Below, piece by piece: positions 28,650 to 38,634 of a stretch of DNA of 64,000 bases. The translations under genes and the position numbers were made by a program. The notes beneath the pieces were generated by a model. It was not told the origin of the DNA, did not search any database, and worked only from the letters and a program-made list of their open reading frames with translations. Location of the stretch: assembly GCA_038153405.1 (NCBI GenBank), contig JAYOYH010000010.1:22751-86750 (forward strand), written 5' to 3'. Positions within the stretch are counted from its first letter, which is position 1. Each line of letters opens with the position of its first letter. Source of the DNA: Gemmatimonadota bacterium (GTDB taxonomy: Bacteria; Latescibacterota; UBA2968; UBA8231).

Positions 28650-31601
28650 ATGAGCGGCGAAAAATTCGACAAAAAACGTGCGGAAGCGGAGGTCTCCAAT
28701 GGGGAAAGCCTTCTGGAAGGCCTAGAGTCGCTCTTGGCCGAAGAAGGGCTCAGCCTCGAAGGCGAGATCGATGAAGAAGAACTCGACCTTCTACTTGAAG
28801 GGGATGGCGATCTCGGCGAGGAAATTAAAGGGGAACCCGCACCCCGCAACCGCAGCCGCAGCGCCCAGCGCTCAAAGGGAACCGAACGGCGCAGCCGCGA
28901 CCGCGCCGACTTTCACAACCTCGATACCCAGATGCAGGTTGCCCCCCTCGGCGTCATCGTATCGCAAGATCAGCTAACCGCAACGCTGTCGCACATTACA
29001 GAAGACCACGACTACGAAACTGTGATTGAGCTCATTCGCAGTCGCGGCATATCGCATGGCATCGACTACGTCGCTATCCGCTCGGCGATCAATAGCGCCC
29101 GGCGCGGCATATCCTGCCGCGAACTAGTCATCGCACGCGGTCACCCGCCGCAACGCATTAAAGAAGCATCGACAGTCTATCGCCTACCCGTCGAAGTCAT
29201 GCAGAAGAAAAAACCTTCGGACAAGATGACGGACTTCGAGCTGTTAAAGCACATCCTCGAGGGCCGGCATATAGAGGCGATTCGATCGTATCGCGGCGTG
29301 GTCAGACCCGTCATACCCGGCGATGTCATCACCGAAATTATTCCGGCTGAGATAGAACCCGGCGTGACGGTCTTTGGCACGCCGTTCGACTTGGAACAAG
29401 ACGATGAAGTCTACCTGCAGATTGGCGACAATACCGACTTGTCGGAAGACGGCCTAAGCTGTGTAGCCTCCATATATGGGTATGCCGGAATACTGGATGG
29501 CGTCCCGACGGTCCTCCCTCCGATTTGGATTAGCCCGGACCGCATGGATGCCTACTTCGTCTTTATTGCGCCGGCCGAGGGCTACGCCCAACCCGCGCCT
29601 TCGATAGAGGACTTGAACTACCTGCTGGAGATGATGTGGATCAGCAATGGTATTATGGAAAAGCAGGTTCTCCTCATCCAACAGCGCCTCGAACGCGCCC
29701 ATCCCCTACCCTCTCTGCTGCCCATTGCCCAAGGCCATCACGAAGTGCCCGGCGACAATGCGCAAATACACTATACCTTCGACCCCTATTCCATCCTGTC
29801 GTGGAACCAAATTGAGGCAGTGCAGTCCATGCAGTCGCCCGAGGAAATATGCGAAGCGCTCGATGCTATTTACTCCGATCCAGCCGCTCCGACATTCACC
29901 GCTATGGGCACGGGACACACGCTCATCGAAAAGACGCCGGCCACTGTAGGCGTCACCGGCGTCGACATACAGGGCGAAGAAGTCGTTCCCAAACCGGGCG
30001 ATGACCTGCAGATCGAATTTGGCAGCTTTCTTTACCTAGACAAAAACGGGCTGCGCTGTCGCGCAGAGGTCTTTGGCTACGTGTGTCTACAGTGGGACAT
30101 TCAAGTCCGTCTGCTGCCGCCGCTATGGATTACGCCCGATAAGACGCGCGCCTACTTTCTCAACCTGCCCCAGGGATCGTCGCCGCGCTATCCCCAGCTA
30201 AACGAGATAGAGGCCCTGTTCCAGCAGTACGACATCACCTATGGCTTCGATCCAGAGCGCTGGCTGAGCGCTCTCGGGCAGCTGAAAAAAGGAGAGCAGA
30301 ACGACTACCTCATCCTAATTGCGGAAGGCGAGCCGGCGCAGACCGGCCGCGACGCCTATTTCGAGTGGAACGTCGACGTGCTCGAAGAGAAGAAAATCGG
30401 CAAGGTGCTCGAAGATGGCTCGATCGACTTCCGCGAGCGCGATCTGATTACGCTAGTACAGGAAAACGATCTATTGGGGCGACTAATCCCTCCCCTACCC
30501 GGCACGGAGGGCAAAGATATATTCGGCAACCCGCTAAGCCCACCACCGCACGTCAACATCGAGGTGGTCATCGACTCGCACGTCTACGCCAAACCAGAGC
30601 AAGACGGCGTTATTGGCTTCTTTGCCAGTAAAGACGGCGGGATCTCGGTCCTATCTAAAGACAAAGAGGCAAACGGACGGCGTTCGCGCCGAATTGATAT
30701 CAGTATCAACTCGATCTCGAGCATTGACGGCGACGTCGACTACACGACCGGCAATATCGATTTTAACGGAGACGTCGTCATCGACGGCTCGGTGCAACAG
30801 CAGTTTTCGGTGCGCGCAACGGGCAGCGTCACCATCGGCGGCTACGTCGAGTCTGGGGCGTATATCACCGCCGGCAAAAACATCGTGGTCAAACGCGGCG
30901 TCATCGGCGATACGACGGAGCTAATCGCAGGCGCGAGCATCATCACCAAGTACGTCCAGGAGTCTACTGTGCGGGCGGGCGGCGACATCCGCGTGGGCTC
31001 GTATATATTCAATGCCTCCGTGCGTGCCGGGGGACAGGTCGTCGTTTCCGGCAAAGGCGAAGGCAAGTCACGCGCCCTAGTCGGTGGCTTAGTATGGGGC
31101 GGGCGCGGCATCCTCGCCAAGTCCATCGGCTCGCCCTATAACACCAATACTAAGCTAGTAGCTGGGATCAATCCGGATTCGGTCGAGCGCATCGATAAAA
31201 TTCGAGCCAACCTTATCACCTGCGGAGAAAAACAGGAAGCGCTGCTGGCGCACATTGGCCTTTCCAGCATGGATATCGCCCAGGTCAAGAAAAAGCTGTC
31301 CTTTTGCCGCACGGACAAGGATAAGCAGAAGATCTTGCAAGTCGTCAAGCGCATCGCCCACGTTGCCGAGCTGGAAGACAGCCTGCAGCAGGAGTTGGAA
31401 GATATCGCAGATAGACAGCGCAAAACATCGCTGCGCACCGTTATCAGCATCCATGGGAAACTCTTTGCCGGCGTAGAATTGCGCATTGGCGAACTGACCC
31501 ATTTGATTAACGAAGATCTGCAAAATATCAGCTTTGGCATTGTGCAAAGCGACGACGAACAAACCATACAGGTGGGGCCATTCAGAGGCTCGTCGCGCTA
31601 G
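28650..31601 (+). CDS. FapA/DUF342-like protein (983 aa) with acidic-then-basic N-tail, duplicated FapA_N-like domains, a right-handed beta-helix region and a C-terminal coiled coil
   Basis: The beta-helix repeats read SVRATGSVTIGGYVESGAYITAGKNIVVKRGVIGDTTELIAGASIITKYVQESTVRAGGDIRVGSYIFNASVRAGGQVVVSGKGE. The C-terminal coiled coil is LQQELEDIADRQRK. The internal duplication is clear (SEDGLSCVASIYGYAGILDGVPTVLPPIWISPDRMDAYFVFIAP vs DKNGLRCRAEVFGYVCLQWDIQVRLLPPLWITPDKTRAYFLNLP). Confidence 0.6.
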   Translation: MSGEKFDKKRAEAEVSNGESLLEGLESLLAEEGLSLEGEIDEEELDLLLEGDGDLGEEIKGEPAPRNRSRSAQRSKGTERRSRDRADFHNLDTQMQVAPLGVIVSQDQLTATLSHITEDHDYETVIELIRSRGISHGIDYVAIRSAINSARRGISCRELVIARGHPPQRIKEASTVYRLPVEVMQKKKPSDKMTDFELLKHILEGRHIEAIRSYRGVVRPVIPGDVITEIIPAEIEPGVTVFGTPFDLEQDDEVYLQIGDNTDLSEDGLSCVASIYGYAGILDGVPTVLPPIWISPDRMDAYFVFIAPAEGYAQPAPSIEDLNYLLEMMWISNGIMEKQVLLIQQRLERAHPLPSLLPIAQGHHEVPGDNAQIHYTFDPYSILSWNQIEAVQSMQSPEEICEALDAIYSDPAAPTFTAMGTGHTLIEKTPATVGVTGVDIQGEEVVPKPGDDLQIEFGSFLYLDKNGLRCRAEVFGYVCLQWDIQVRLLPPLWITPDKTRAYFLNLPQGSSPRYPQLNEIEALFQQYDITYGFDPERWLSALGQLKKGEQNDYLILIAEGEPAQTGRDAYFEWNVDVLEEKKIGKVLEDGSIDFRERDLITLVQENDLLGRLIPPLPGTEGKDIFGNPLSPPPHVNIEVVIDSHVYAKPEQDGVIGFFASKDGGISVLSKDKEANGRRSRRIDISINSISSIDGDVDYTTGNIDFNGDVVIDGSVQQQFSVRATGSVTIGGYVESGAYITAGKNIVVKRGVIGDTTELIAGASIITKYVQESTVRAGGDIRVGSYIFNASVRAGGQVVVSGKGEGKSRALVGGLVWGGRGILAKSIGSPYNTNTKLVAGINPDSVERIDKIRANLITCGEKQEALLAHIGLSSMDIAQVKKKLSFCRTDKDKQKILQVVKRIAHVAELEDSLQQELEDIADRQRKTSLRTVISIHGKLFAGVELRIGELTHLINEDLQNISFGIVQSDDEQTIQVGPFRGSSR

Positions 31602-31611
31602 GAGATCCTCC

Positions 31612-33252
31612 ATGAAACTCGGCATTGGGCTATTGATTTTCACATCGATCACCCTGAGTCTGGCCTCCCGTGTGTATGCACAGGATGAAGATGAAACGAC
31701 GCGCCCCGCCTTGAGCGGCAGCATGGGCAGCGTCACCATTGGCCAAGAGCAGTTCTACCGACTCAGCATGCGACCCGATATCCCCGTCGGCCGATGGGGT
31801 TTCGCTCTCGACATCGAGCTATTTATCGATTCGGAGGGGGATGTCAGCGCGCGCGGCTGGCGCTTTGGTTCGTCGACGGAGGCACTCGACTCCTTTCTGC
31901 GCAAGATTTACTACGTGCGCTACGGGCGTCCGAACGACCCGCTCTACTTCAAGATTGGCGCCTTGGACAGAGTCGGACTCGGCTATGGGCTCATCATGTC
32001 CGACTACAGAAATACCCTGCAGTATCCCGGCATAAAAAAGACGGGCATCCAATTCCGCTTTGAAGAAATCGCTGGAAGCCCTCTCGGCATAGAGGGCGTA
32101 GTGAATAATATCCAGGACTTTCAAGAGGGAGGCGGCCTCATCGGCCTGCGCGCCTTTGCCCGCGCGATGGGCAAACTCGAACTGGGTGTGACCTACGTCG
32201 TCGACCTCGATCAGTACAGCGGGCTGCGCGACCGCGACGGCGATGGCTTTCCCGACGAGGTAGACGCCTTTCCATCAAATAGCCAGCTATCCCTAGACAA
32301 CGACGGCGACGGCGTGCCCGACCAGATCGATAGCGACGACGACAACGACGGGGCCATCGACATCGACAGCGAAAGCGGCGTACCGCCCGCCGTGGCGGCG
32401 GCCCTAGAACAACTGAATGCCGACTATGGCGACGCCTTTGCCGTCGATACGGAGGTATCCCGCAGAAAGCCCTTTAACCGCGACCAGGTCGGACGCGATC
32501 GCTTTGCCATATTTGGTGTTGACGCGGGCTACCCGCTCAGCGAACGAGATGCACTGCAGCTCAAACTATACGGCCAATTTGCCCTGCTCGTAGACGACGA
32601 AGACGACATCAGCGCATTCGAGGCGAACGCTCAGGGCCTAGTGCCGGGCAATCGCCGCGCCGAGGGCTGGGGCCTTGCCGCCCCGGGCCTATGGCTCAAA
32701 GCCGGCCCCCTGGACGGCCAAATTGAGTTTCGCCATTTTCGCGACGACTTTGACGCGCGCTATTTCGACGAACTCTACGAGCTCGACCGTGCGCGCATTG
32801 ACGTGGCCTCGGGGCGCGCCCGCCCCAAAGACGCCCTGCTCGACCACAGCGATCCGCTATCCGGCGTATTCGGTCGCCTTGGAGCGGATTTGGGGTCGTA
32901 CCTCTACGCGTCGGCCGCCTACCAATACCTGTCTGGCAGCGACGATCCCAAGCAGCAGCTGTTGACTAATGTGCGCCTGGCCCCCTCCCTGTTGAAGTCC
33001 ATACCGCGCCTTACTCGCGCCCGCGCCTACTATCAAAAAAATAATATCGGCGCGCGACTCAACGAGGAGGGCACGGGGCCCGATGGCTTTTTCGAATCCA
33101 CCGAGGATGCGTTCTACGGCTACGAACTGGGGCTGGCGATGAGCGGCGGCGTCGACGTGCTGTGGGATACGCGCTTCGTATTTGAACGAGATGCCAATCG
33201 CCAGCTGCGGGCGCGCAAAATTATGACCATCGAAACGGTATTCACCTTCTAA
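31612..33252 (+). CDS. Outer-membrane protein with thrombospondin type 3-like calcium-binding repeats (547 aa)
   Basis: The start is adjusted to MKLGIGLLIFTSITLSLASRVYAQ (signal peptide, GGAGAT RBS). The tool's longer start would overlap the previous gene. DRDGDGFPDEVD...DNDGDGVPDQIDSDDDNDGAIDID matches TSP3 repeats. The C-terminus is IETVFTF (a terminal Phe is typical of beta-barrel OMPs). Confidence 0.6.
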   Translation: MKLGIGLLIFTSITLSLASRVYAQDEDETTRPALSGSMGSVTIGQEQFYRLSMRPDIPVGRWGFALDIELFIDSEGDVSARGWRFGSSTEALDSFLRKIYYVRYGRPNDPLYFKIGALDRVGLGYGLIMSDYRNTLQYPGIKKTGIQFRFEEIAGSPLGIEGVVNNIQDFQEGGGLIGLRAFARAMGKLELGVTYVVDLDQYSGLRDRDGDGFPDEVDAFPSNSQLSLDNDGDGVPDQIDSDDDNDGAIDIDSESGVPPAVAAALEQLNADYGDAFAVDTEVSRRKPFNRDQVGRDRFAIFGVDAGYPLSERDALQLKLYGQFALLVDDEDDISAFEANAQGLVPGNRRAEGWGLAAPGLWLKAGPLDGQIEFRHFRDDFDARYFDELYELDRARIDVASGRARPKDALLDHSDPLSGVFGRLGADLGSYLYASAAYQYLSGSDDPKQQLLTNVRLAPSLLKSIPRLTRARAYYQKNNIGARLNEEGTGPDGFFESTEDAFYGYELGLAMSGGVDVLWDTRFVFERDANRQLRARKIMTIETVFTF

Positions 33253-33268
33253 TGCGAGTGTTCTGTTC

Positions 33269-34381
33269 ATGAAAATAACCGCCGTCCGCGCCCACGTGTT
33301 GCGCCTGCCCGAAGTCAGTGCCATTTGCGAAGGCACGCAAGATACCTGCCTAATTCATATAGAAACCGATGCGGGTATCAGCGGCTGGGGCGAAGTCGAC
33401 TCCTGTCCGAGCGTAGTCAAGGCGGTGATCGAAGCCCCGCTGTCGCACCAGATCTGCAACGGCCTGGCCAACGCCTTGGTGGGCGCCGATCCGCTGGCTG
33501 TCGAGGCCTGCATGGCGCGCATGGATGCAGCAGCGAACTACTACGGGCGCGTCGGCGTGGGCGCCCCCCCCCAGGCCCGCATACACCACGCGCTGTGGGG
33601 TATAGCCGGCCAATCCCACGGGGCCCCCCGCCCCCACCGGCCTTGGGGGCCCCTTAATACGAAGTTTCGCGCCTACTGCTCCATTCTCTTCGGCGATACA
33701 CCCAAAGCGACATACGAACTGGCGCGCCAACACGCCGATATGGGATTTACCGCCATCAAATTTGGCTGGGGGCCAATGGGGCAGAGCGAAGAGAGCGACA
33801 TCGCTCTTGTGCGCGAAGCGCGGCGCGGCGCCGGAAACGACGTCGATGTGCTCGTTGACGCCGGTCAGGTTTGGGACTGGAAAACGGCCCTGCAGCGCGC
33901 CGAGGCCTTTGCCGAATACGGCATCTTCTGGCTGGAAGAGCCGCTGCACCCCCAAGACGTGGCCGGCTATGCCCAGCTCTGTGGCTCCTCTCCGGTGCCC
34001 ATTGCCACTGGAGAAGCCGAATCGAATCTGCAGGATTTCGAGCGCCTGCTCATCGAAGGCGAAATCGACTGGGTGCAGCCCGATCCGGGCCGCTGTGGCA
34101 TATCCACCATGGTCGAGGTGGGCCGTTTGGCACACAGACTGCACCGCAAGGTAGTCAACCACAGCTTTAAGAGCGGCATCACCATTGCCGCGTCACTGCA
34201 CGGCTTAGCCGCCGTGCCCCATGGCGCACTCTTCGAGTATTGCATGGCCGATTCGCCGCTGCGTCACGAGCTAACGCGCGAGACGTTTGACGTGGTCGAC
34301 GGCTACGTCCACGTGCCCCAAGCACCCGGATTGGGCGTGACGATCAACGAGGATACGCTGGCCAAATTCCTGGTGGCCTAG
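33269..34381 (+). CDS. Enolase-superfamily enzyme, MR/MLE subgroup (dipeptide-epimerase-like)
   Basis: 370 aa. The N-terminal capping domain is MKITAVRAHVLRLP...GISGWGEVD. Barrel motifs are present: KFGWG, a DAGQ metal-Asp region, LEEP and ATGE. Residues 95-130 are compositionally odd, coinciding with C/G homopolymers. Confidence 0.65.
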   Translation: MKITAVRAHVLRLPEVSAICEGTQDTCLIHIETDAGISGWGEVDSCPSVVKAVIEAPLSHQICNGLANALVGADPLAVEACMARMDAAANYYGRVGVGAPPQARIHHALWGIAGQSHGAPRPHRPWGPLNTKFRAYCSILFGDTPKATYELARQHADMGFTAIKFGWGPMGQSEESDIALVREARRGAGNDVDVLVDAGQVWDWKTALQRAEAFAEYGIFWLEEPLHPQDVAGYAQLCGSSPVPIATGEAESNLQDFERLLIEGEIDWVQPDPGRCGISTMVEVGRLAHRLHRKVVNHSFKSGITIAASLHGLAAVPHGALFEYCMADSPLRHELTRETFDVVDGYVHVPQAPGLGVTINEDTLAKFLVA

Positions 34382-34473
34382 GGCACACCGGCTCCCACGC
34401 TTCACATCCGCAACACGCAACGGGCCCTGTAGCCCATTACGCGCTCGGCGCACATACCAACGGCGGGGCTCTT

Positions 34474-35607
34474 ATGTCGACACACCCGATGCTCATACTC
34501 GATGGTCACCTCGACCTGGCATACAACGCGCTCTTTCACCGGCGCGACCTGACCCAAGACGTCTATGCGCTGCGCGAGCGCGAAGATCCGCGCCCACCGG
34601 GACCGGCCCATCCAGACTCGCTGCGCGAGCGCAAGCGCCAGGAAAGCCCGGCCAAGGGCACGGCGACGGTTGCCCTGCCCGATATGCGCCGCGGCCGGAT
34701 CGGCATCGCCCTTTCGACGATTATGACGCGCGTGCAAATGCCCACGCAAACCCTCGATGACGGAGCGCGCACGCAGCTGGCCGCCCATGCCCTCGGACAG
34801 GCGCATCTGCACTACTACAAAGCATTGGAGCGCGAGGGGCACCTGCGCTTTATCCACGGCATAGACGATTTAGACGCCAGCATTCAGGCGTGGTCTGCCC
34901 CGGCACCCGACGCACCGATTGGCCTAATTTTATCGATGGAAAGTGCGGACTCCATTCTCGGACCCGACCAGGTTAGCTGGTGGTACGAACAAGGGCTGCG
35001 CTCGGTTGGCCTGACGCACTTTGGCGCCAATACCTGGGGACACGGCACCGGCACGCGCGGCGGCCTGTACGCCTGTGCCTATCCCCTACTCGACGCGCTA
35101 TCCGAAACCAATATCGCGCTCGATTTGACGCACGCTGCCGACCTAACCTTCTGGCAGTTGCTCGACTACTGGCAAGGTGCCGTGCACGCCAGCCACTGTA
35201 TGTGCCGCACGCTCGTGCCCGGCCAGCGCCACCTGAGTGACGATATGATCAAGGCCCTCATCGAACGCGGTGGCGTGATCGGCATAGTCTTCGCCGAGTA
35301 CATGCTCAACCCGGAAATCGACTTCGACAACCCGGCGACCTACCCGCGCACGGCGCGGCGCAGCATGAGCGCCGCCATTGACCACGTCGACCACATTTGC
35401 CAACTGGCCGGCAACTGCCAGCACGTGGCCATCGGCTCCGATCTCGACGGCGGCTTTGGCCGCGAGCTCTCACCCACCGATCTCGACACCATTGCCGACC
35501 TGCAGCGCTTTCTCGACCAGCTAACGCGCAGGGGCTATAGCACGGCGGATATAGAGGCCATTGCCCACGGCAATTTGGTGCGCTTTTTTCGCCAGACCTG
35601 GAGTTAG
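34474..35607 (+). CDS. Membrane dipeptidase family (peptidase M19) protein, copy 1
   Basis: 377 aa. The N-terminal LILDGHLDLAYN motif is the zinc His/Asp motif. Amidohydrolase-fold blocks (GLTHFG...HGTG, HASH, GSDLDGG) are present. Confidence 0.7.
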   Translation: MSTHPMLILDGHLDLAYNALFHRRDLTQDVYALREREDPRPPGPAHPDSLRERKRQESPAKGTATVALPDMRRGRIGIALSTIMTRVQMPTQTLDDGARTQLAAHALGQAHLHYYKALEREGHLRFIHGIDDLDASIQAWSAPAPDAPIGLILSMESADSILGPDQVSWWYEQGLRSVGLTHFGANTWGHGTGTRGGLYACAYPLLDALSETNIALDLTHAADLTFWQLLDYWQGAVHASHCMCRTLVPGQRHLSDDMIKALIERGGVIGIVFAEYMLNPEIDFDNPATYPRTARRSMSAAIDHVDHICQLAGNCQHVAIGSDLDGGFGRELSPTDLDTIADLQRFLDQLTRRGYSTADIEAIAHGNLVRFFRQTWS

Positions 35608-35610
35608 ACC

Positions 35611-36696
35611 ATGAGCGACGAACGCCCTCTCATACTCGACAGTCACCTCGACCTCTCCTTTTCCGCCCTGCAAATCAACCGCGACCTGACCCAGCCGGCA
35701 GCGACGGTGCGCGCGCACGACTCGGTCGCAACCATGGAAGGCTTTGGCTCCTGCACCGTCACCCTACCCGAGTTGCGCAAGGGCAAGGTCGGCCTAGTGT
35801 GCGGCACGGTAATGTCGCGATTAGACCCCGACGACAAATGGACGCGCACCGGCATGTACACCCAAGCCCAATGCCACGGCGTTGGCCGGGGGCATCTGGC
35901 CTACTATCAAGCATTGGAACGAGCAGGGCATATCCGCTTTATCAAAACGACAGCCGAACTCGATGCAGCCGTTGCCGCCTGGCAAGACCCCCCTGCCGAC
36001 GAGCCGATCGGCCTTATCCTCGCCATGGAAAGTGCAGACCCCATTCTCGGTCCCGACCAAGTGTCCGAATGGTATGACCTAGGCCTGCGCATGGTGAGCA
36101 TTTCGCACTATGGGACCAGCGCCTACTCGCACGGCACCGGCACCGAGGGCGGCCTGCTGCCCACGGCCAAACCGCTGCTCGATGCGCTGCGCGCAGCCGG
36201 CATCATCGTCGACGTCACCCACCTGACCGACCAGGCGCACTGGGAATTACTCGATGCGTACGACGGTCCCATTGCCGCATCGCACCACAATTGCCGCGCC
36301 CTGACACCCGGACAGCGCCAGCTAACCGATGAAATGATCCACTCCATAGCCGAGCGCAACGGCGTGATCGGCGCAGCGCTCGACGCCTGGATGCTCGATC
36401 CAACCTGGCAGCGCAAGGTGCCCGCTTTTGGCCAGCAAACCCAGGCGACCTTAGAGACCGTTGCCGACCATATCGACTACATTTGCCAGCTGCTGGGAAC
36501 GGCGCGCCACTGCGGCATCGGCACCGACTTAGACGGCGGCTTTGGCACCGAACAGGCCCCGCGCGACCTCAATACCATCGCCGACCTGCAGAAGTTGGTC
36601 GCCATCTTCGAAGGGCGCGGCTACGACCCAGCGACGATTGCCGGCATTTTTTCCGGCCACTGGATCGACCTCTTTCGCCGCACCTGGTCGCGCTAA
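35611..36696 (+). CDS. Membrane dipeptidase family (peptidase M19) protein, copy 2 (tandem paralog)
   Basis: 361 aa. LILDSHLDLSFS, SHYGT..HGTG, ASHHN and GTDLDGG run collinear with copy 1. The gene starts 4 nt after the copy-1 stop. Confidence 0.7.
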   Translation: MSDERPLILDSHLDLSFSALQINRDLTQPAATVRAHDSVATMEGFGSCTVTLPELRKGKVGLVCGTVMSRLDPDDKWTRTGMYTQAQCHGVGRGHLAYYQALERAGHIRFIKTTAELDAAVAAWQDPPADEPIGLILAMESADPILGPDQVSEWYDLGLRMVSISHYGTSAYSHGTGTEGGLLPTAKPLLDALRAAGIIVDVTHLTDQAHWELLDAYDGPIAASHHNCRALTPGQRQLTDEMIHSIAERNGVIGAALDAWMLDPTWQRKVPAFGQQTQATLETVADHIDYICQLLGTARHCGIGTDLDGGFGTEQAPRDLNTIADLQKLVAIFEGRGYDPATIAGIFSGHWIDLFRRTWSR

Positions 36697-36913
36697 AAAA
36701 ATCTAAAAGCCAGCAATCGCCCCCGACAAGATTGCGGAGGGCTTAGGTCCTCTTTTTTCATCAACGTGACTTTTTCTTTTCTTTTACCTTGATGCATACG
36801 TCTTTTTTCTAGTAAAATTGCCCTCATTCCAAATTTTCTATTGTCATTTTGATTGAAATAGGCTTAAATTTGCTTAGTAGGTAAACATAATACTTTTCTA
36901 AGGGAGATATACG
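36697..36913 (+). promoter_or_regulatory. AT-rich roughly 215-bp leader/promoter region upstream of ilvBN
   Basis: It stands out as AT-rich in a GC-rich genome. Multiple T-runs are present. A strong RBS AAGGGAG sits 7 nt before the ilvB ATG. No Ile/Val/Leu-rich leader peptide ORF is evident. Confidence 0.4.
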
Positions 36914-38632
36914 ATGGCTAGAGGAGCCGACGTCGTCATTGAAGCACTCGACCGCTTCGGGGTCGAGTACGTCTTCGGCCACCCCGGCGGGGCCGCTATG
37001 CCCATTTTTGACGCCCTGCTCAATTCGGACCAGATCAAGTTCGTGCTCACGCGCCACGAGCAGGGCGCCACCCACATGGCCGACGGCTACGCGCGCGCCA
37101 CGGGCAAGCCCGGTGTCGCCCTCGTAACATCGGGCCCGGGGGCCACCAACACGATCACCGGCTTGCTGACAGCGCAGATGGACTCATCGCCCATTATCGT
37201 GCTCACAGGGCAGACCATCACCTCGATGCTCGGCAAGGACGCCTTTCAGGAAGCCGACGTATTCGGCATCTCCATGCCCGTCGTCAAGCACTCCTACTTG
37301 GTCAAGGATCCCGACGAGATCCCCCGCATTATGATGGAAGCGTTTCACATTGCCACCACGGGGCGCACGGGACCCGTACTCATCGATCTGCCCAAGGACG
37401 TAACGCAGGGAGCGCCTTTTCCAGAGTGCACGACCAGTTTTCCCGAGAAAGTGTATCTGCCCGGATACCACTGGCAGCCCAAGGCCAATCCGGACCTCCT
37501 GCGCGAAGCGGCCGACCTCATTCGCCAGAGCAAACGCCCCCTGCTCTATCTGGGCGGTGGCTGCATTGCGGCCGGAGCCCACGAGGCGGCAAAGGCCTTT
37601 GCTGAGAAAACGCGCATGGCCGTTACCAACACCCTGCTGGGCAAGGGTGCCTTCCCAGAGCAGCACGAACTGTCGGTCGGCATGTTGGGGATGCACGGCA
37701 CGGCCTACGCCAACAAAGCCGTTGTCGGCTGTGACCTAATCATGTCCGTCGGCGGCCGCTGGGACGACCGCATCACCGGCAAGCTCTCTGAGTTCTGTCC
37801 CGACGCAAAGAAAATCCACATCGATATCGACCCGGCCGAACACGGCAAAGTCATCATGCCGGACGTCTTCATCGAAGGCGATGCGCGCCAGGTCCTCGAA
37901 GAGTTGATCAACCTTGTTGAACCGCTTGACAGCGGCCAGTGGCTAGCGCAAATAGACGAGTGGAAGGAAAAATACCCGCTGAAATACGGCAAGCGCGGCG
38001 GCCTTAAAATGCAGGCCGTCATCGATCGGATCTACCACTTGACCGCCGGCCGCGCCATCGTCACCACCGACGTCGGTCAGCACCAGATGTGGGCGGCACA
38101 GTTCTATAAGACAGCACATCACCGGCAGTGGCTCTCCTCGGGCGGCGCCGGCACCATGGGCTTTGGTTTCCCCGCTGCCATCGGCGCTCAATTCGGACGA
38201 CCCGATGACATAGTCATCGCCATTGCCGGCGACGGCGGTTTTCAAATGACGCTGTGCGAATTGGCCACGGCCTGTATCCACCGCCTGCCAATCAAAATCT
38301 TGGTGCTCGATAACAAGTATCTCGGCATGGTACGCCAGTGGCAAAACCTCTTTTTCGACAACCGCCTGTCCGGCGTAGACCTGGATGGCAACCCCGACTT
38401 CGTCAAGCTCATTGAAGCGTACGGCGGCAAGGGCTTCCATCTGCGCCGCACCGCCGATATCGACAAGGTGTTGAAACAGGCTCTCGATTACAACGAGGGT
38501 CCCTGCCTCATCCACGCCGAGTGCGAAAAAGAAGACAATGTCTTCCCGATGATTCCGGCTGGCGCCGCCATAAGCGAGATGCTCACAGAAGCGCCCAAGC
38601 ACAAACTGGCGCAACCCAAAGGGAGTACCTGA
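36914..38632 (+). CDS. ilvB: Acetolactate synthase large subunit (biosynthetic type)
   Basis: 572 aa. The N-terminal thiamine pyrophosphate (TPP) pyrimidine-binding domain reads [32 protein letters not shown]...[33 protein letters not shown]. The TPP-binding GDGGFQM motif is present. Confidence 0.9.
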   Translation: MARGADVVIEALDRFGVEYVFGHPGGAAMPIFDALLNSDQIKFVLTRHEQGATHMADGYARATGKPGVALVTSGPGATNTITGLLTAQMDSSPIIVLTGQTITSMLGKDAFQEADVFGISMPVVKHSYLVKDPDEIPRIMMEAFHIATTGRTGPVLIDLPKDVTQGAPFPECTTSFPEKVYLPGYHWQPKANPDLLREAADLIRQSKRPLLYLGGGCIAAGAHEAAKAFAEKTRMAVTNTLLGKGAFPEQHELSVGMLGMHGTAYANKAVVGCDLIMSVGGRWDDRITGKLSEFCPDAKKIHIDIDPAEHGKVIMPDVFIEGDARQVLEELINLVEPLDSGQWLAQIDEWKEKYPLKYGKRGGLKMQAVIDRIYHLTAGRAIVTTDVGQHQMWAAQFYKTAHHRQWLSSGGAGTMGFGFPAAIGAQFGRPDDIVIAIAGDGGFQMTLCELATACIHRLPIKILVLDNKYLGMVRQWQNLFFDNRLSGVDLDGNPDFVKLIEAYGGKGFHLRRTADIDKVLKQALDYNEGPCLIHAECEKEDNVFPMIPAGAAISEMLTEAPKHKLAQPKGST

Positions 38633-38634
38633 TT

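Noticed and set aside
31534-31611. Upstream extension of the TSP3 OMP ORF overlapping the FapA-like gene
   Set aside because: The internal Met at 31612 gives a canonical signal peptide and has a GGAGAT RBS. The extension (MALCKATTNKPYRWGHSEARRARR) is not signal-like and overlaps the upstream gene.
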